Shown here: positions 1 through 9,081 of the stretch, one piece after another
Layout: each line of letters opens with the position of its first letter
Numbering within the stretch: the first letter of the stretch is position 1
Assembly (NCBI GenBank): GCA_048882485.1
Contig: JBHLRP010000009.1
Location: 16,118-74,716, forward strand
Reading direction: 5' to 3'
DNA from: Candidatus Thorarchaeota archaeon
GTDB taxonomy: Archaea; Asgardarchaeota; Thorarchaeia; Thorarchaeales; Thorarchaeaceae
DNA: 58,599 nucleotides
Notes under the pieces: model-generated
What the model saw: only the letters and a program-made list of their open reading frames with translations
Database searches by the model: none
What the model was told of the DNA's origin: nothing
Translations under genes and position numbers: made by a program

Positions 1-80
1 CTCTCAGGAGTAGTAATTCCTACATCTGCAAATCCACTACCAAGCGCAAGTTCTTTCAGACTCTCTGTAAGAGTAGACAT
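1..80 (-). CDS. N-terminal fragment (runs off window) of an epoxyqueuosine reductase (QueG)-like / reductive dehalogenase-like Fe-S protein
   Basis: Manual translation from ATG at 80: MSTLTESLKELALGSGFADVGITTPE, matching the usual QueG-family N-terminus; co-oriented downstream of larE. Confidence 0.55.
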   Translation of the reverse strand, partial: MSTLTESLKELALGSGFADVGITTPE

Positions 81-177
81 CTGACGATACCTCGAGTGTC
101 ATTCACATCTAATTGCTATTTGATTCTTCAACCGTCATATGACGGCCGTCAAAAATCTGTGTGAAATGCCAAAAGTG

Positions 178-1011
178 TCATGAATCAATCTTTGCAGATG
201 CGTGAGATTCAAGAACCTCGTTCATTGCCCCTGTACGGTATCCTGCGACATCGAATGTGACGTACTTGAACCCCGCTTGCTTAGCTAGATCATAAATCCT
301 GTCCAGCTTGACAACATCGAACAATTTCTCCCGCTCTTCTCGACCGACTTCTATGCGGACTACATCGCCATGGAACCGTGCACGTACGCACTCGATTTCA
401 AAAATCTCCCTCACGTACCGCTCTACTTTGTCTACACGCCTCACACGCGCCTCTGTTATTTCAGTGCCGTAGGGAAACCTACTTGAGAGACAGGCCATTG
501 AAGGTCTTTCTGCAACCGACAAGCCTGCCTTCCTGGCATAATTGCGAATTTCCTCCTTTGTAATGCCATATTCTCTAAAAGGGGAGATGATTCCTGCTTC
601 CTCAAGAGCTAATGCACCTGGACGATGGTCTTTCATGTCACTAGCATTAGTTCCATCGACGACAATATCCATTCCCAACTGTTCTGCAGTATTCAGCCAA
701 ACGGAAGCAAGCTCCCTCTTGCAGTGATAACATCTGTCAACTGGGTTCTTCACCAAATCTTGATTAGCAAGTTCGTCCACTTCGATGACCTCGACCCTGA
801 TGCCTAGCTCCTCAGCGACGTCCAATGCCGCTTGCAGTTCAGTTCGGGGAAATGTAATGCTGTCCACAGTCAGAAGAACAGTTTCTAAGGCACTCTCATG
901 TGAGATGTGAGCAAGAACTGAGCTGTCTACACCCCCGCTGAAGGCGACCAGTACCCTCTTTCCTTCAAAGAGCCTTCTGACCTTCTCAAATCTCTGGTTG
1001 ATACCCGTCAT
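178..1011 (-). CDS. larE: ATP-dependent sacrificial sulfur transferase LarE
   Basis: PP-loop AFSGGVDS, RCYHCK, DGTNASD..DHRPG, CLSSRFPYG, GYRTGAMN. Confidence 0.93.
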   Translation of the reverse strand: MTGINQRFEKVRRLFEGKRVLVAFSGGVDSSVLAHISHESALETVLLTVDSITFPRTELQAALDVAEELGIRVEVIEVDELANQDLVKNPVDRCYHCKRELASVWLNTAEQLGMDIVVDGTNASDMKDHRPGALALEEAGIISPFREYGITKEEIRNYARKAGLSVAERPSMACLSSRFPYGTEITEARVRRVDKVERYVREIFEIECVRARFHGDVVRIEVGREEREKLFDVVKLDRIYDLAKQAGFKYVTFDVAGYRTGAMNEVLESHASAKIDS

Positions 1012-1180
1012 CTTTGTGACCCAACGTAAAACATACCTGACCAGTCAAAAGATTTGGGAATGAGGCGATGGAGCTGCCAAACAGTCATGTCATTATGCTT
1101 ATCAAAGTCAGCTGAAGTTCTTGGAACCTAAGTCCTGTAGTTTGATGAATAATGAGAGAACCGAGAGAGGAGAATAGTCC

Positions 1181-2203
1181 GTGAAATATGATGGAGTCTT
1201 GGTCAGGTGTGAAGAGCTACAATATCATTCTGAGCAGAGCAAAGATCAGATGATTACTCTCCTGATTAGCAATCTGAAAGCCGCATTAAAGGAACACAAT
1301 TGCTCGGTAGGCGAGATATTATCCAAGTGCCAGTTTCTTTACATCGAAACGAGTGCAATCAATGATGTGGTTGGAATCGCTGCAAGCGTCTTTGGTATTA
1401 CTTCGATATCTCCGGTTATGATGACCACAGCGAATGCCGCAGATTCCATATCACAGAATCCAGCAGTGGAAGTCGAATGGTGTGATGAGAATGCATATGT
1501 TTCAACGGAAACGATAGATGGATTAGGTGGCCTACCCACAGGATCACAAGGGCGTGTGGTCTGCACAATATCAGGGGGCTTAGACTCTCCTGTGGCATCA
1601 TATAAAATGATGAAGAGAGGTTGTGTGCCAATCTTTCTCCACTTCGATAATGTGCCCTACGGAGATGATTCAACCCGAGATTTAGCAATCAGGCAGGCAA
1701 AGAGGCTAACCGAATATGTATACGGCCATGAAGTCATGATGTATGTTGTGCCACATGGTGAGGACCTAACTGAAGTGCTACGACATGCTCCAAGGAAAAT
1801 GACCTGTATCTTTTGTAGGAGGAATATGTACAGACTAGCTCAAGAAGTAGCGCTCAAAGAAGATGCAGACGCCATCGTAACAGGCGAGATAATTGGAGAA
1901 CAAGCTTCTCAGACAACACGAAACCTTCATGCAGAGGAAAGCGCAATCTGCGAGATTCCGATTATCAGGCCCTGCATTGGTGATGACAAAGTAGACATAG
2001 AACGATTGGCGATGAAGATTCGGACATACGAATTCGCTCATGAAGCCGTTTCTTGCTGCTCACTGCCTCCAGAATATCCAACAATCCATGCTAACCTAGA
2101 TCAGATTGTTCCTGCAGAGAAGGATATGGACATGGAGCGGTTAGCGAAAGAGATTGCCGAAGCAGAAGTCATAATCCTCAAGGAGGGAAGTAGAAGTGAC
2201 TGA
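1181..2203 (+). CDS. thiI: ThiI-like PP-loop sulfurtransferase with most of the THUMP domain missing
   Basis: GLGGLPTG, ISGGLDSPVA, CIFCRR, TGEIIGEQASQT, RPCIG.DK, SCC; only about 20 aa lie between the NFLD end (GITSISP) and the AYV..GLGGLP linker. Confidence 0.8.
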   Translation: MKYDGVLVRCEELQYHSEQSKDQMITLLISNLKAALKEHNCSVGEILSKCQFLYIETSAINDVVGIAASVFGITSISPVMMTTANAADSISQNPAVEVEWCDENAYVSTETIDGLGGLPTGSQGRVVCTISGGLDSPVASYKMMKRGCVPIFLHFDNVPYGDDSTRDLAIRQAKRLTEYVYGHEVMMYVVPHGEDLTEVLRHAPRKMTCIFCRRNMYRLAQEVALKEDADAIVTGEIIGEQASQTTRNLHAEESAICEIPIIRPCIGDDKVDIERLAMKIRTYEFAHEAVSCCSLPPEYPTIHANLDQIVPAEKDMDMERLAKEIAEAEVIILKEGSRSD

Positions 2204-2483
2204 TTTGTTTCTCCTCAAGCTCTGTACTGATGGAGCCGCATATGAGGTGCGGCCCACGAAGCAAATCAAACTAGACCTACCCGCATTCAGCAAAGAGCTA
2301 GCAGCAATGACAAAGATGCGAATCCGAGTCAGCCTTCCAGCCATACTTGTCCTCGAAGATGATGATCGGTCGGTCACCATTTATCCATCAGGCAAACTAC
2401 TACTTCGCAAGTTTCAGTCAGAGGAGAGCGCGAAGCAAATTGCATTGCTGCTCTCTCCCAAGCTCTATTCCTCTGACACATAG
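2196..2483 (+). CDS. Small protein resembling the C-terminal domain of the MoeB/ThiF protein at 17239-18276
   Basis: LCTDGAAYEVRPTKQIKLDL...VTIYPSGKLLLRKFQSEESA aligns by eye with LCSGTFNLTPGSPIELDL...VTLMPQANAIIKGVKSEQEA; overlaps thiI by 8 bp. Confidence 0.7.
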   Translation: MTDLFLLKLCTDGAAYEVRPTKQIKLDLPAFSKELAAMTKMRIRVSLPAILVLEDDDRSVTIYPSGKLLLRKFQSEESAKQIALLLSPKLYSSDT

Positions 2484-2527
2484 AATTCTCAATTTCCACT
2501 GCTTCTGTTTCTAAAACGTTATCGATA

Positions 2528-2553
2528 TGCATGGCCAAACATAACCCTTATTA
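2528..2553 (+). promoter_or_regulatory. tupA promoter: 18-bp shared motif followed by TATA-like TTATTA
   Basis: TGCATGGCCAAACATAAC (2528-2545) is 17/18 identical to 5466-5483; TTATTA at 2548-2553. Confidence 0.65.
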
Positions 2554-2641
2554 CCAGCTCCATTTCCACGCGTTGAATCGAGTTCGGCTCAGGGGCTACT
2601 TCCCTATGCAGGATTCAAGCAATGGCTACTAGGTGTAAACG

Positions 2642-3688
2642 TTGAAGCGAGAGCAACAAATCGGTCTGATTGTCTTAGCTGTAATCCTTACTGGAGCTGT
2701 AGCAGGTTCCTTGTTGTATTTCTCGCAGATTCAGGACAAAGAAACACTAGTAATCTCTACTACAACAAGCCTCTTTGATACTGGCCTTCTCGATGAGGTG
2801 AAGACTGTATATGAGGAATCACACACTCAAGTGATACTGGCCTTCATATCAGCTGGCACAGGTATTGCTATCACGCATGCGATGAATGGAGATGCCGATG
2901 CAATACTGGTGCATTCACCATCGCAAGAATTTGACTTCATGAATCAGAGCTATGGCGTCAATCGAAAGATCATCGCATACAACTTCTTTGTGGTAGTCGG
3001 GCCTAGTGATGATCCCGCTGGAATAAGCGGAATGAACACAACCACTGCTCTTCAGCAAATCTATGACTACGGCCAGAGCCACGGCACACGTCTATGGATA
3101 TCACGTGATGACAGCTCTGGTACAAACTCCAAAGAAATCTCGCTGTGGACCCAGACTGGTCTGGATTATGAAACAATAAAGGAGGAGTCTTGGTTCTTAT
3201 CATCGGGGAGTGGCATGGGCACCACATTGCAGACTGCTGATGAATTGGGACTATATACATTGGCAGACATTGGGACATATCTGAAATACTTCTCAGATGG
3301 GCTTATTACTCTGGCAAAGCATGTTGAGTCAGATCAGACTCTCATCAACGTGTATAGTGCTATTGCAGTAAATGCAACTAAGGTAGAGGGTGTCAAGTTC
3401 GACTTAGCCATGGAGTTCATTGAGTGGCTGGTGGGAGCAGGGGCTCAAGATTTGATTGGAGCATACGGCCAAGAAGACTACGGTCAAGCCCTCTTCAATC
3501 CAGCCGCAAGCATTGTTCAATCTCAGACTCCGGCCGATGTCTATGATTGGATCGAAACTACTGCATACTTTGACTTTGGAGGAACACTATACGAATGTCC
3601 CCCATCTTGGAGAACAGGAGATTACGGGCTATATCATCCTCTCATTGAGATGTTCTACATCTCATCGAGGACTGAATGGATTCAATGA
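2642..3688 (+). CDS. tupA: Tungstate ABC transporter substrate-binding protein TupA
   Basis: N-terminal TM anchor, STTTSLFDTGLL, GTGIA...GDADAILVHSP, SRDDSSGT, GMGTTL. Confidence 0.92.
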   Translation: MKREQQIGLIVLAVILTGAVAGSLLYFSQIQDKETLVISTTTSLFDTGLLDEVKTVYEESHTQVILAFISAGTGIAITHAMNGDADAILVHSPSQEFDFMNQSYGVNRKIIAYNFFVVVGPSDDPAGISGMNTTTALQQIYDYGQSHGTRLWISRDDSSGTNSKEISLWTQTGLDYETIKEESWFLSSGSGMGTTLQTADELGLYTLADIGTYLKYFSDGLITLAKHVESDQTLINVYSAIAVNATKVEGVKFDLAMEFIEWLVGAGAQDLIGAYGQEDYGQALFNPAASIVQSQTPADVYDWIETTAYFDFGGTLYECPPSWRTGDYGLYHPLIEMFYISSRTEWIQ

Positions 3689-3708
3689 GAGAAGAAAGAG
3701 GGAGATAG

Positions 3709-4371
3709 ATGACGTTAGAAACCGAGATTATAGAAATCACCCTTCGGAGTCTGTTTGTATCAAGTCTTGCGGCACTTCTTGCCGCAGGTATTGGGATTCC
3801 CGTGGGTGTTACTATTGGTCTGAAGAAGTTTAGAGGTAGGTCACACCTCAAAGGTGTAGTCAACGGTCTGATGGCACTGCCTACAGTCGCCCTTGGACTG
3901 CTGCTATATCTCGTGTTCTCAAATGCAGGACCTCTTGGCTTTCTCAATGTACTCTATTCTCCCTTTGCCATGATCATCGGGCAGACAATCCTGATTCTTC
4001 CAATAATAATCAGCATCTCCACTGAAACCGTCGAGAGTGTTGACCCAAGTATTCGTGAATTGGCTATGACACTTGGAGCCGATGAAAGAGGTGCCTTTGC
4101 ATCTGTACTCAGAGAGTCTGTAGGAGGGATTCTTCTGGCAGTGTCAGCTGCGTTCAGTAGAGCAATCTCGGAACTTGGTGTCGCATTGATGCTGGGAGGA
4201 AACATTCAGGGTCTCACAAGAGTCCTAACCACATCCATTGCACTTGAAACAACAAGAGGTGAGATCGCTCTTGGCCTCGGTCTCACTGCCGTTCTGCTCT
4301 CTCTCATGCTGGCATTCAATATCCTTCTAAGAATTGCTGAGAAACGGGTGAGGTGGTGGCTTTGGGAGTAA
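3709..4371 (+). CDS. tupB: Tungstate ABC transporter permease TupB
   Basis: Hydrophobic; LPTVALGL, FSRAISELG...GGNI.G.TRVLTTSIALE. Confidence 0.92.
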   Translation: MTLETEIIEITLRSLFVSSLAALLAAGIGIPVGVTIGLKKFRGRSHLKGVVNGLMALPTVALGLLLYLVFSNAGPLGFLNVLYSPFAMIIGQTILILPIIISISTETVESVDPSIRELAMTLGADERGAFASVLRESVGGILLAVSAAFSRAISELGVALMLGGNIQGLTRVLTTSIALETTRGEIALGLGLTAVLLSLMLAFNILLRIAEKRVRWWLWE

Positions 4372-5435
4372 TTGCTGCAAGGGACCTAGATGTCTATCTT
4401 GATGACACTCATGCCCTCAAAGGAATCAACCTTGAAGTTCAAAAGGGCGAGATTCTGTCTATTGTTGGACCAAATGGTGCTGGTAAGACAACTCTTCTTC
4501 GAGCTCTTGGCGGATTGATAACGCCCTCATCAGGCGAGGTCACATTCCACGATGACATTGTGACTGATGAAAACAGGGAGTCACTTCGACAGAACGCAAC
4601 AGTTGTGTTCCAAAAGCCTGTGCATTTTGGAACATCAGTTTCAAAGAACATTGCATATGGTCTTCGAATCAGAGGAATGGATGAAACCATCATAGCAAAA
4701 CGTGTTCAGGAGACTCTGGAGTTTGTGGGCCTAGAGGGGTTCGGAACAAGAATGGCCCGCAGTCTATCTGGAGGGGAGCAAAGACGAGTGGCTCTAGCTC
4801 GAGCTCTTGTGCTCAATCCTGAGATACTTCTTCTGGATGAACCAACAGCTGATCTAGACATTGATAGTGCCAGAGCTGTTGAGGATGTTCTGAGGAAAGC
4901 CAATGCAGAGCGTGGAACCACTATCATAATCTCAACCCATAACATGTTTCAAGCCGAAACGCTGGCCCACAGAACAGCTATCATTCAGGATGGAACGATA
5001 GGACGAATTGGCAAGCCAAATGTCATGCTGGGGGCTGAACTCGAGAAGCTACAGGATGAAGGACGAGCCCTCAACACATTCAAAGGAAAAGCCACATGGC
5101 TCTCTGAAGAGCGAGCTTGGAGGGGTCTACTACGAATCCAGGTGACAGACAGTGTGTCTGTTCAAGCAGTTGGAACACATGATGGAGAAGTAACGATATG
5201 GATTTCCCCACAAGATGTTATCGTTTCAAAGGAAAGCATACTCTCAAGTGCCAGGAACACTCTCACAGGGACTGTTGTGGGAATCGATGACTCCGACTCC
5301 ACGATTTTGCTTACTGTTGACGTTGGAGTTGAGATTGCGGTACAGATTACGCAGAGGTCTCTGAAGGATCTGGAGCTTGGAATAGGTGACATGGTTCATG
5401 TCACATTCAAAGCATCATCAGTCGTTGTCTTCTAG
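4353..5435 (+). CDS. tupC: Tungstate ABC transporter ATPase with C-terminal TOBE domains
   Basis: GPNGAGKTT, LSGGEQRR, LLLDEP; SSARNTLTG...FKASSV TOBE tail. Confidence 0.9.
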   Translation: MVALGVIAARDLDVYLDDTHALKGINLEVQKGEILSIVGPNGAGKTTLLRALGGLITPSSGEVTFHDDIVTDENRESLRQNATVVFQKPVHFGTSVSKNIAYGLRIRGMDETIIAKRVQETLEFVGLEGFGTRMARSLSGGEQRRVALARALVLNPEILLLDEPTADLDIDSARAVEDVLRKANAERGTTIIISTHNMFQAETLAHRTAIIQDGTIGRIGKPNVMLGAELEKLQDEGRALNTFKGKATWLSEERAWRGLLRIQVTDSVSVQAVGTHDGEVTIWISPQDVIVSKESILSSARNTLTGTVVGIDDSDSTILLTVDVGVEIAVQITQRSLKDLELGIGDMVHVTFKASSVVVF

Positions 5436-5465
5436 GATGGTATCTACATGTTTATTCGACCGAGC

Positions 5466-5492
5466 TGCATGACCAAACATAACAATTATCAA
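5466..5492 (+). promoter_or_regulatory. moaA promoter: 18-bp shared motif followed by TATA-like TTATCAA
   Basis: TGCATGACCAAACATAAC (5466-5483), TTATCAA at 5486-5492; same 2-nt spacing as at tupA. Confidence 0.65.
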
Positions 5493-5508
5493 TCTACAAG
5501 TAGGGGAC

Positions 5509-6510
5509 GTGCTGAAATCCATGTTAGAATCTGACAAGGACTCCCTGCGGAAGAGGGAGCCAACCTGTGCGCATGAGCCACTTGTTGATGCCTACGGTCG
5601 ACACATCAACTATCTGAGGATATCCCTTACACAGAAGTGCAATCATGCTTGTTTCTTCTGTCATACGGAGGGTCAATCCCTGGATGGACCTGAGATGAGC
5701 CCTGAGGAAATTGAGCGCCTTGTGCAGGTTGGTGTGACACATGGTGTCACAAGAGTGAAGCTGACTGGGGGAGAGCCTCTGCTACGTTCAGATATACTCG
5801 AAATAATCAGGAGGATATCTCCACTTGTTGAGGATCTTTCACTCACAACCAATGGCACATTTCTCGAGGAAATGGCTTTTGATTTGAAGGATGCTGGGCT
5901 AGATCGAGTGAATGTGAGCCTTCACACCCTTCGCGCGCCAACCTATCAAAGAATGACAGGGGTCAACGATCTATCAAAGGTCAAACGAGGCATAAAGAGT
6001 GCGATAGATGCAGGTCTCTCACCAGTGAAAATCAACATGACACTCATCAAGTCGATCAACGATGACGAAATATACTCCATGATGCGTTTTGCAGCCGCAT
6101 CAGGAGCAATCCTCCAGTTGATTGAGCTTCAAGACATTCCATCGCAACCCAATATGAAACTCGATGATCAAAGAACTAGGATCGATGGAATTGAAGAGCA
6201 GTTTCAGAAAGTCGCCACGAAGATTGAACAAAGAGCCCTTCAAGGTAGAAGACGATACACCATTCCAGTCGAGAATGGATCAGTCGAGGTGGAAGTTGTC
6301 AGACCCATGGGCAATTCGAGTTTCTGCAAGAGCTGCACTCGTCTTAGAGTCACATCTGACGGAAAGCTCAAACCCTGTCTGTATCGAGAAGACAATCTAG
6401 TTCATGTCCGACACTTTCTGTCTGATTGTAAATATGATAATGAGTTGCTTGATGCATATGTCAAAGCAGCCTCTCTACGGCAGCCATTTTGGCAGGAGGA
6501 ATCGAAATGA
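5509..6510 (+). CDS. moaA: GTP 3',8-cyclase MoaA (radical SAM)
   Basis: YLRISLTQKCNHACFFC, LTGGEPLLR, FCKSCTRLRVTSDGKLKPCL. Confidence 0.96.
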   Translation: MLKSMLESDKDSLRKREPTCAHEPLVDAYGRHINYLRISLTQKCNHACFFCHTEGQSLDGPEMSPEEIERLVQVGVTHGVTRVKLTGGEPLLRSDILEIIRRISPLVEDLSLTTNGTFLEEMAFDLKDAGLDRVNVSLHTLRAPTYQRMTGVNDLSKVKRGIKSAIDAGLSPVKINMTLIKSINDDEIYSMMRFAAASGAILQLIELQDIPSQPNMKLDDQRTRIDGIEEQFQKVATKIEQRALQGRRRYTIPVENGSVEVEVVRPMGNSSFCKSCTRLRVTSDGKLKPCLYREDNLVHVRHFLSDCKYDNELLDAYVKAASLRQPFWQEESK

Positions 6511-7373
6511 TAGAGGTTACGGATCAAGACTTCTCTATTGAGCAGGTCATATCGCAGACTAGACGACCTGAGATGGGTGCCATTGTCATCTTCCTAGGCA
6601 GTGTCAGAGATACAAGCCGAGGGAAGGTCGTTGAGAAACTGGAATTTGAGGCTGACGATGAACAAGCTGTGAAAGAACTTGAGAAGATTCGTGATGAGGC
6701 AATCTCCAAATTCGGAGTTTCTGATGTGTCGGTTGTTCATAGAAAAGGCAAGATTGAGGTTGGACAGAACATCGTCATTATAGTTGTAGGCGCCGCTCAT
6801 AGAGCTGACGCATTTCAGGGATGCAGGCATGTCATTGAGCGATTGAAGGAAATTGTACCAATGTGGAAGCACGAGTTCTACGACGGCGGCGACCATTGGG
6901 TTGGAGAAACCGACGCAAAGGAGCGATCGGAAACCAGAATGGTGGATATTTCTGAGAAGCCTCAGGTTTTCAGAAGAGCTGTTGCGGTTGGTGAATTAAT
7001 TCTCAATCCCAATACAATAGAGGCAGTACGCCTGGGAACAACAAAGAAAGGGAATGTGCTTTCTGTGTCTGAGATAGCTGGCATTATGGCTGCCAAGAAG
7101 ACTTCTGATATCATACCGCTATGCCATCAAATACCCCTGTCTTCGGTGGATGTATCGTTCAAGTTTCATGATGACCGTATATCAGGTACGTGTGAAGTCG
7201 TTGCCACATATTCCACAGGAGTCGAGATGGAGGCCCTAGTTGGCGTCACAATAGCACTTCTCTCAATCTGGGACATGACAAAGTATCTGGAGAAGGACTC
7301 AGATGGACAATATCCAACCGCTCGTCTGGATGGAGTACGAGTAATCAAGAAAGAGAAGGTCGATCTGAAGTGA
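6507..7373 (+). CDS. moaE-moaC: Fusion of molybdopterin synthase catalytic subunit MoaE (N-terminal) and cPMP synthase MoaC (C-terminal)
   Basis: GAIVIFLGSVR...HRKG...LKEIVPMWKHE, then MVDISEK...KKTSDIIPLCH...TGVEMEAL...IWDMTK; ATG at 6507 follows GGAGG and overlaps the moaA stop. Confidence 0.92.
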   Translation: MIEVTDQDFSIEQVISQTRRPEMGAIVIFLGSVRDTSRGKVVEKLEFEADDEQAVKELEKIRDEAISKFGVSDVSVVHRKGKIEVGQNIVIIVVGAAHRADAFQGCRHVIERLKEIVPMWKHEFYDGGDHWVGETDAKERSETRMVDISEKPQVFRRAVAVGELILNPNTIEAVRLGTTKKGNVLSVSEIAGIMAAKKTSDIIPLCHQIPLSSVDVSFKFHDDRISGTCEVVATYSTGVEMEALVGVTIALLSIWDMTKYLEKDSDGQYPTARLDGVRVIKKEKVDLK

Positions 7374-7870
7374 GTGATGAACACAGAAAGGACCAGAAGA
7401 TCGAAACAACATTCGCAGTTCTTGTTGTTAGTGACACACGCACAGAGGCAACCGACAAGTCAGGCAAGATTGCACAGGAATTGGCTATTGCTGAAGGGCA
7501 TAAAATCGGCGCCTACGATATTGTACCAAATGAATCTAATGCGATCAGAGAGATGATACTAAGATACATTGATGATTCTGAGATTAGAGTCATTCTCACC
7601 AGTGGGGGCACGGGAGTTGGCAGGAAGGACATTACTGCAGATGTGCTAGGGCAGCTCTTTGAAAAGACATTAGATGGGTTTGGAGAGCACTTCAGACGCT
7701 TGAGTCATACCGAGATTGGCTTGCCAGGAATTTACAGCCGAGCAACAGCAGGACTGATTGGGAAGACGGTCGTATTCTGTCTTCCTGGCTCAAAGAATGC
7801 AATGGCCACCGCATTGAGAGAGATTATTCTTCCAAGCATTGGTCATTTATTGTGGGAGGTTGATCGATGA
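7370..7870 (+). CDS. moaB: Molybdopterin adenylyltransferase MoaB/MogA
   Basis: VSDTR...DKSG, TSGGTG...DIT, GFGEHFR, SRATAG, CLPGS. Confidence 0.92.
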   Translation: MSDEHRKDQKIETTFAVLVVSDTRTEATDKSGKIAQELAIAEGHKIGAYDIVPNESNAIREMILRYIDDSEIRVILTSGGTGVGRKDITADVLGQLFEKTLDGFGEHFRRLSHTEIGLPGIYSRATAGLIGKTVVFCLPGSKNAMATALREIILPSIGHLLWEVDR

Positions 7871-9078
7871 AAGAGATGGAGCCATTCAAACTGCTCGTTT
7901 CGCAACAGGAAGCAGAGAAACTAGTCTTGAGGAACTGTAGACCTCTTGATGCCACAGAAACTGTTACAATATCAGCTGCATCCGGTAGAGTGCTTGCCAC
8001 AGGCATCATGGCCGATCGTTCTGTGCCTCCTTTCAATAGGTCCGCGATGGATGGCTATGCGGTCATCGCAGAGGACACCTTTGGAGCGGATGAGGGCGGA
8101 ATTAAATTAGAGCTCAAAGGTGTCATCCACGCGGGTGACGTTTCTGAAAATGACGTCACACCGGGTTATTGTATCCAAATTGCCACAGGATCACCGTTGC
8201 CACAGGGTGCAGATGCTGTGGTCATGGTGGAGTACACTGAGAAACACGAGAACAAAATTCTGGTGACACGGCCGGTCTATCCCGGTGCCAATGTTTCAAA
8301 GAAAGGGGAGGATATCGTAGAGGGCAATATTGTTCTGACTGCTGGAAGCTGGTTATCACCGGCCAAGATTGGTACTCTAGCAGCGCTGGGAAGAACTGAT
8401 GTTGAGGTCTATGCCAAGCCAAGTGTTGCTGTCATCCCAACAGGGGAGGAGATAGTAGCCCCTGGAAACTCACTCTCTTCTGGGCAAATCTACGATGTCA
8501 ATTCATTCACGCTTGAAGCAGTCCTTCGAGAGAATGGCGCTGAAGTCGAACGGTATGACATTGTAGGAGACGAATACCCCTTGCTCAAGAAGGCGATAAA
8601 TGAAGCCTGTAAACATGACATGGTTGTACTTTCTGGGGGAAGCTCTGTTGGCGAGAAGGATCTACTAGCAGGGATTCTCTCCGAGATCGGTGAAGTCTTT
8701 TTCCATGGAGTTCAGATTAAACCTGGCAAACCCACGTTGTTTGGATTAGCTAATGACACTCCTGTGTTTGGGATGCCCGGGTACCCTACATCATGCCTCA
8801 GCAATGCCTACGTGTTTCTTATTCCAGCCATTAGACAAATGGCAAGGCTGCCGCCAGTGCCGCCTAAGACTGTGGCAGCAAAGATTGGCAAACGTATCGT
8901 TTCATCATCCGGCCGTCAGCAATTTCTGACAGTAAGAATTGAAGATGGTGTGGCTCATCCAGTGTACAAGCATTCTGGTGCCATCACAAGCATGGCAAAT
9001 GCCGATGGCTACATCATATTGCCAGTTAATCTTGATGTCATTGAAGAAGGCGAAATGGTAGAAGTCACATTATTCTAG
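7867..9078 (+). CDS. moeA: Molybdopterin molybdenum/tungsten transferase MoeA
   Basis: PPFNRSAMDGYAV, IATGSPLPQGADAVV, SGGSSVGEKD, IKPGKP, GMPGYPTS. Confidence 0.96.
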   Translation: MKEMEPFKLLVSQQEAEKLVLRNCRPLDATETVTISAASGRVLATGIMADRSVPPFNRSAMDGYAVIAEDTFGADEGGIKLELKGVIHAGDVSENDVTPGYCIQIATGSPLPQGADAVVMVEYTEKHENKILVTRPVYPGANVSKKGEDIVEGNIVLTAGSWLSPAKIGTLAALGRTDVEVYAKPSVAVIPTGEEIVAPGNSLSSGQIYDVNSFTLEAVLRENGAEVERYDIVGDEYPLLKKAINEACKHDMVVLSGGSSVGEKDLLAGILSEIGEVFFHGVQIKPGKPTLFGLANDTPVFGMPGYPTSCLSNAYVFLIPAIRQMARLPPVPPKTVAAKIGKRIVSSSGRQQFLTVRIEDGVAHPVYKHSGAITSMANADGYIILPVNLDVIEEGEMVEVTLF

Positions 9079-9081
9079 GCT

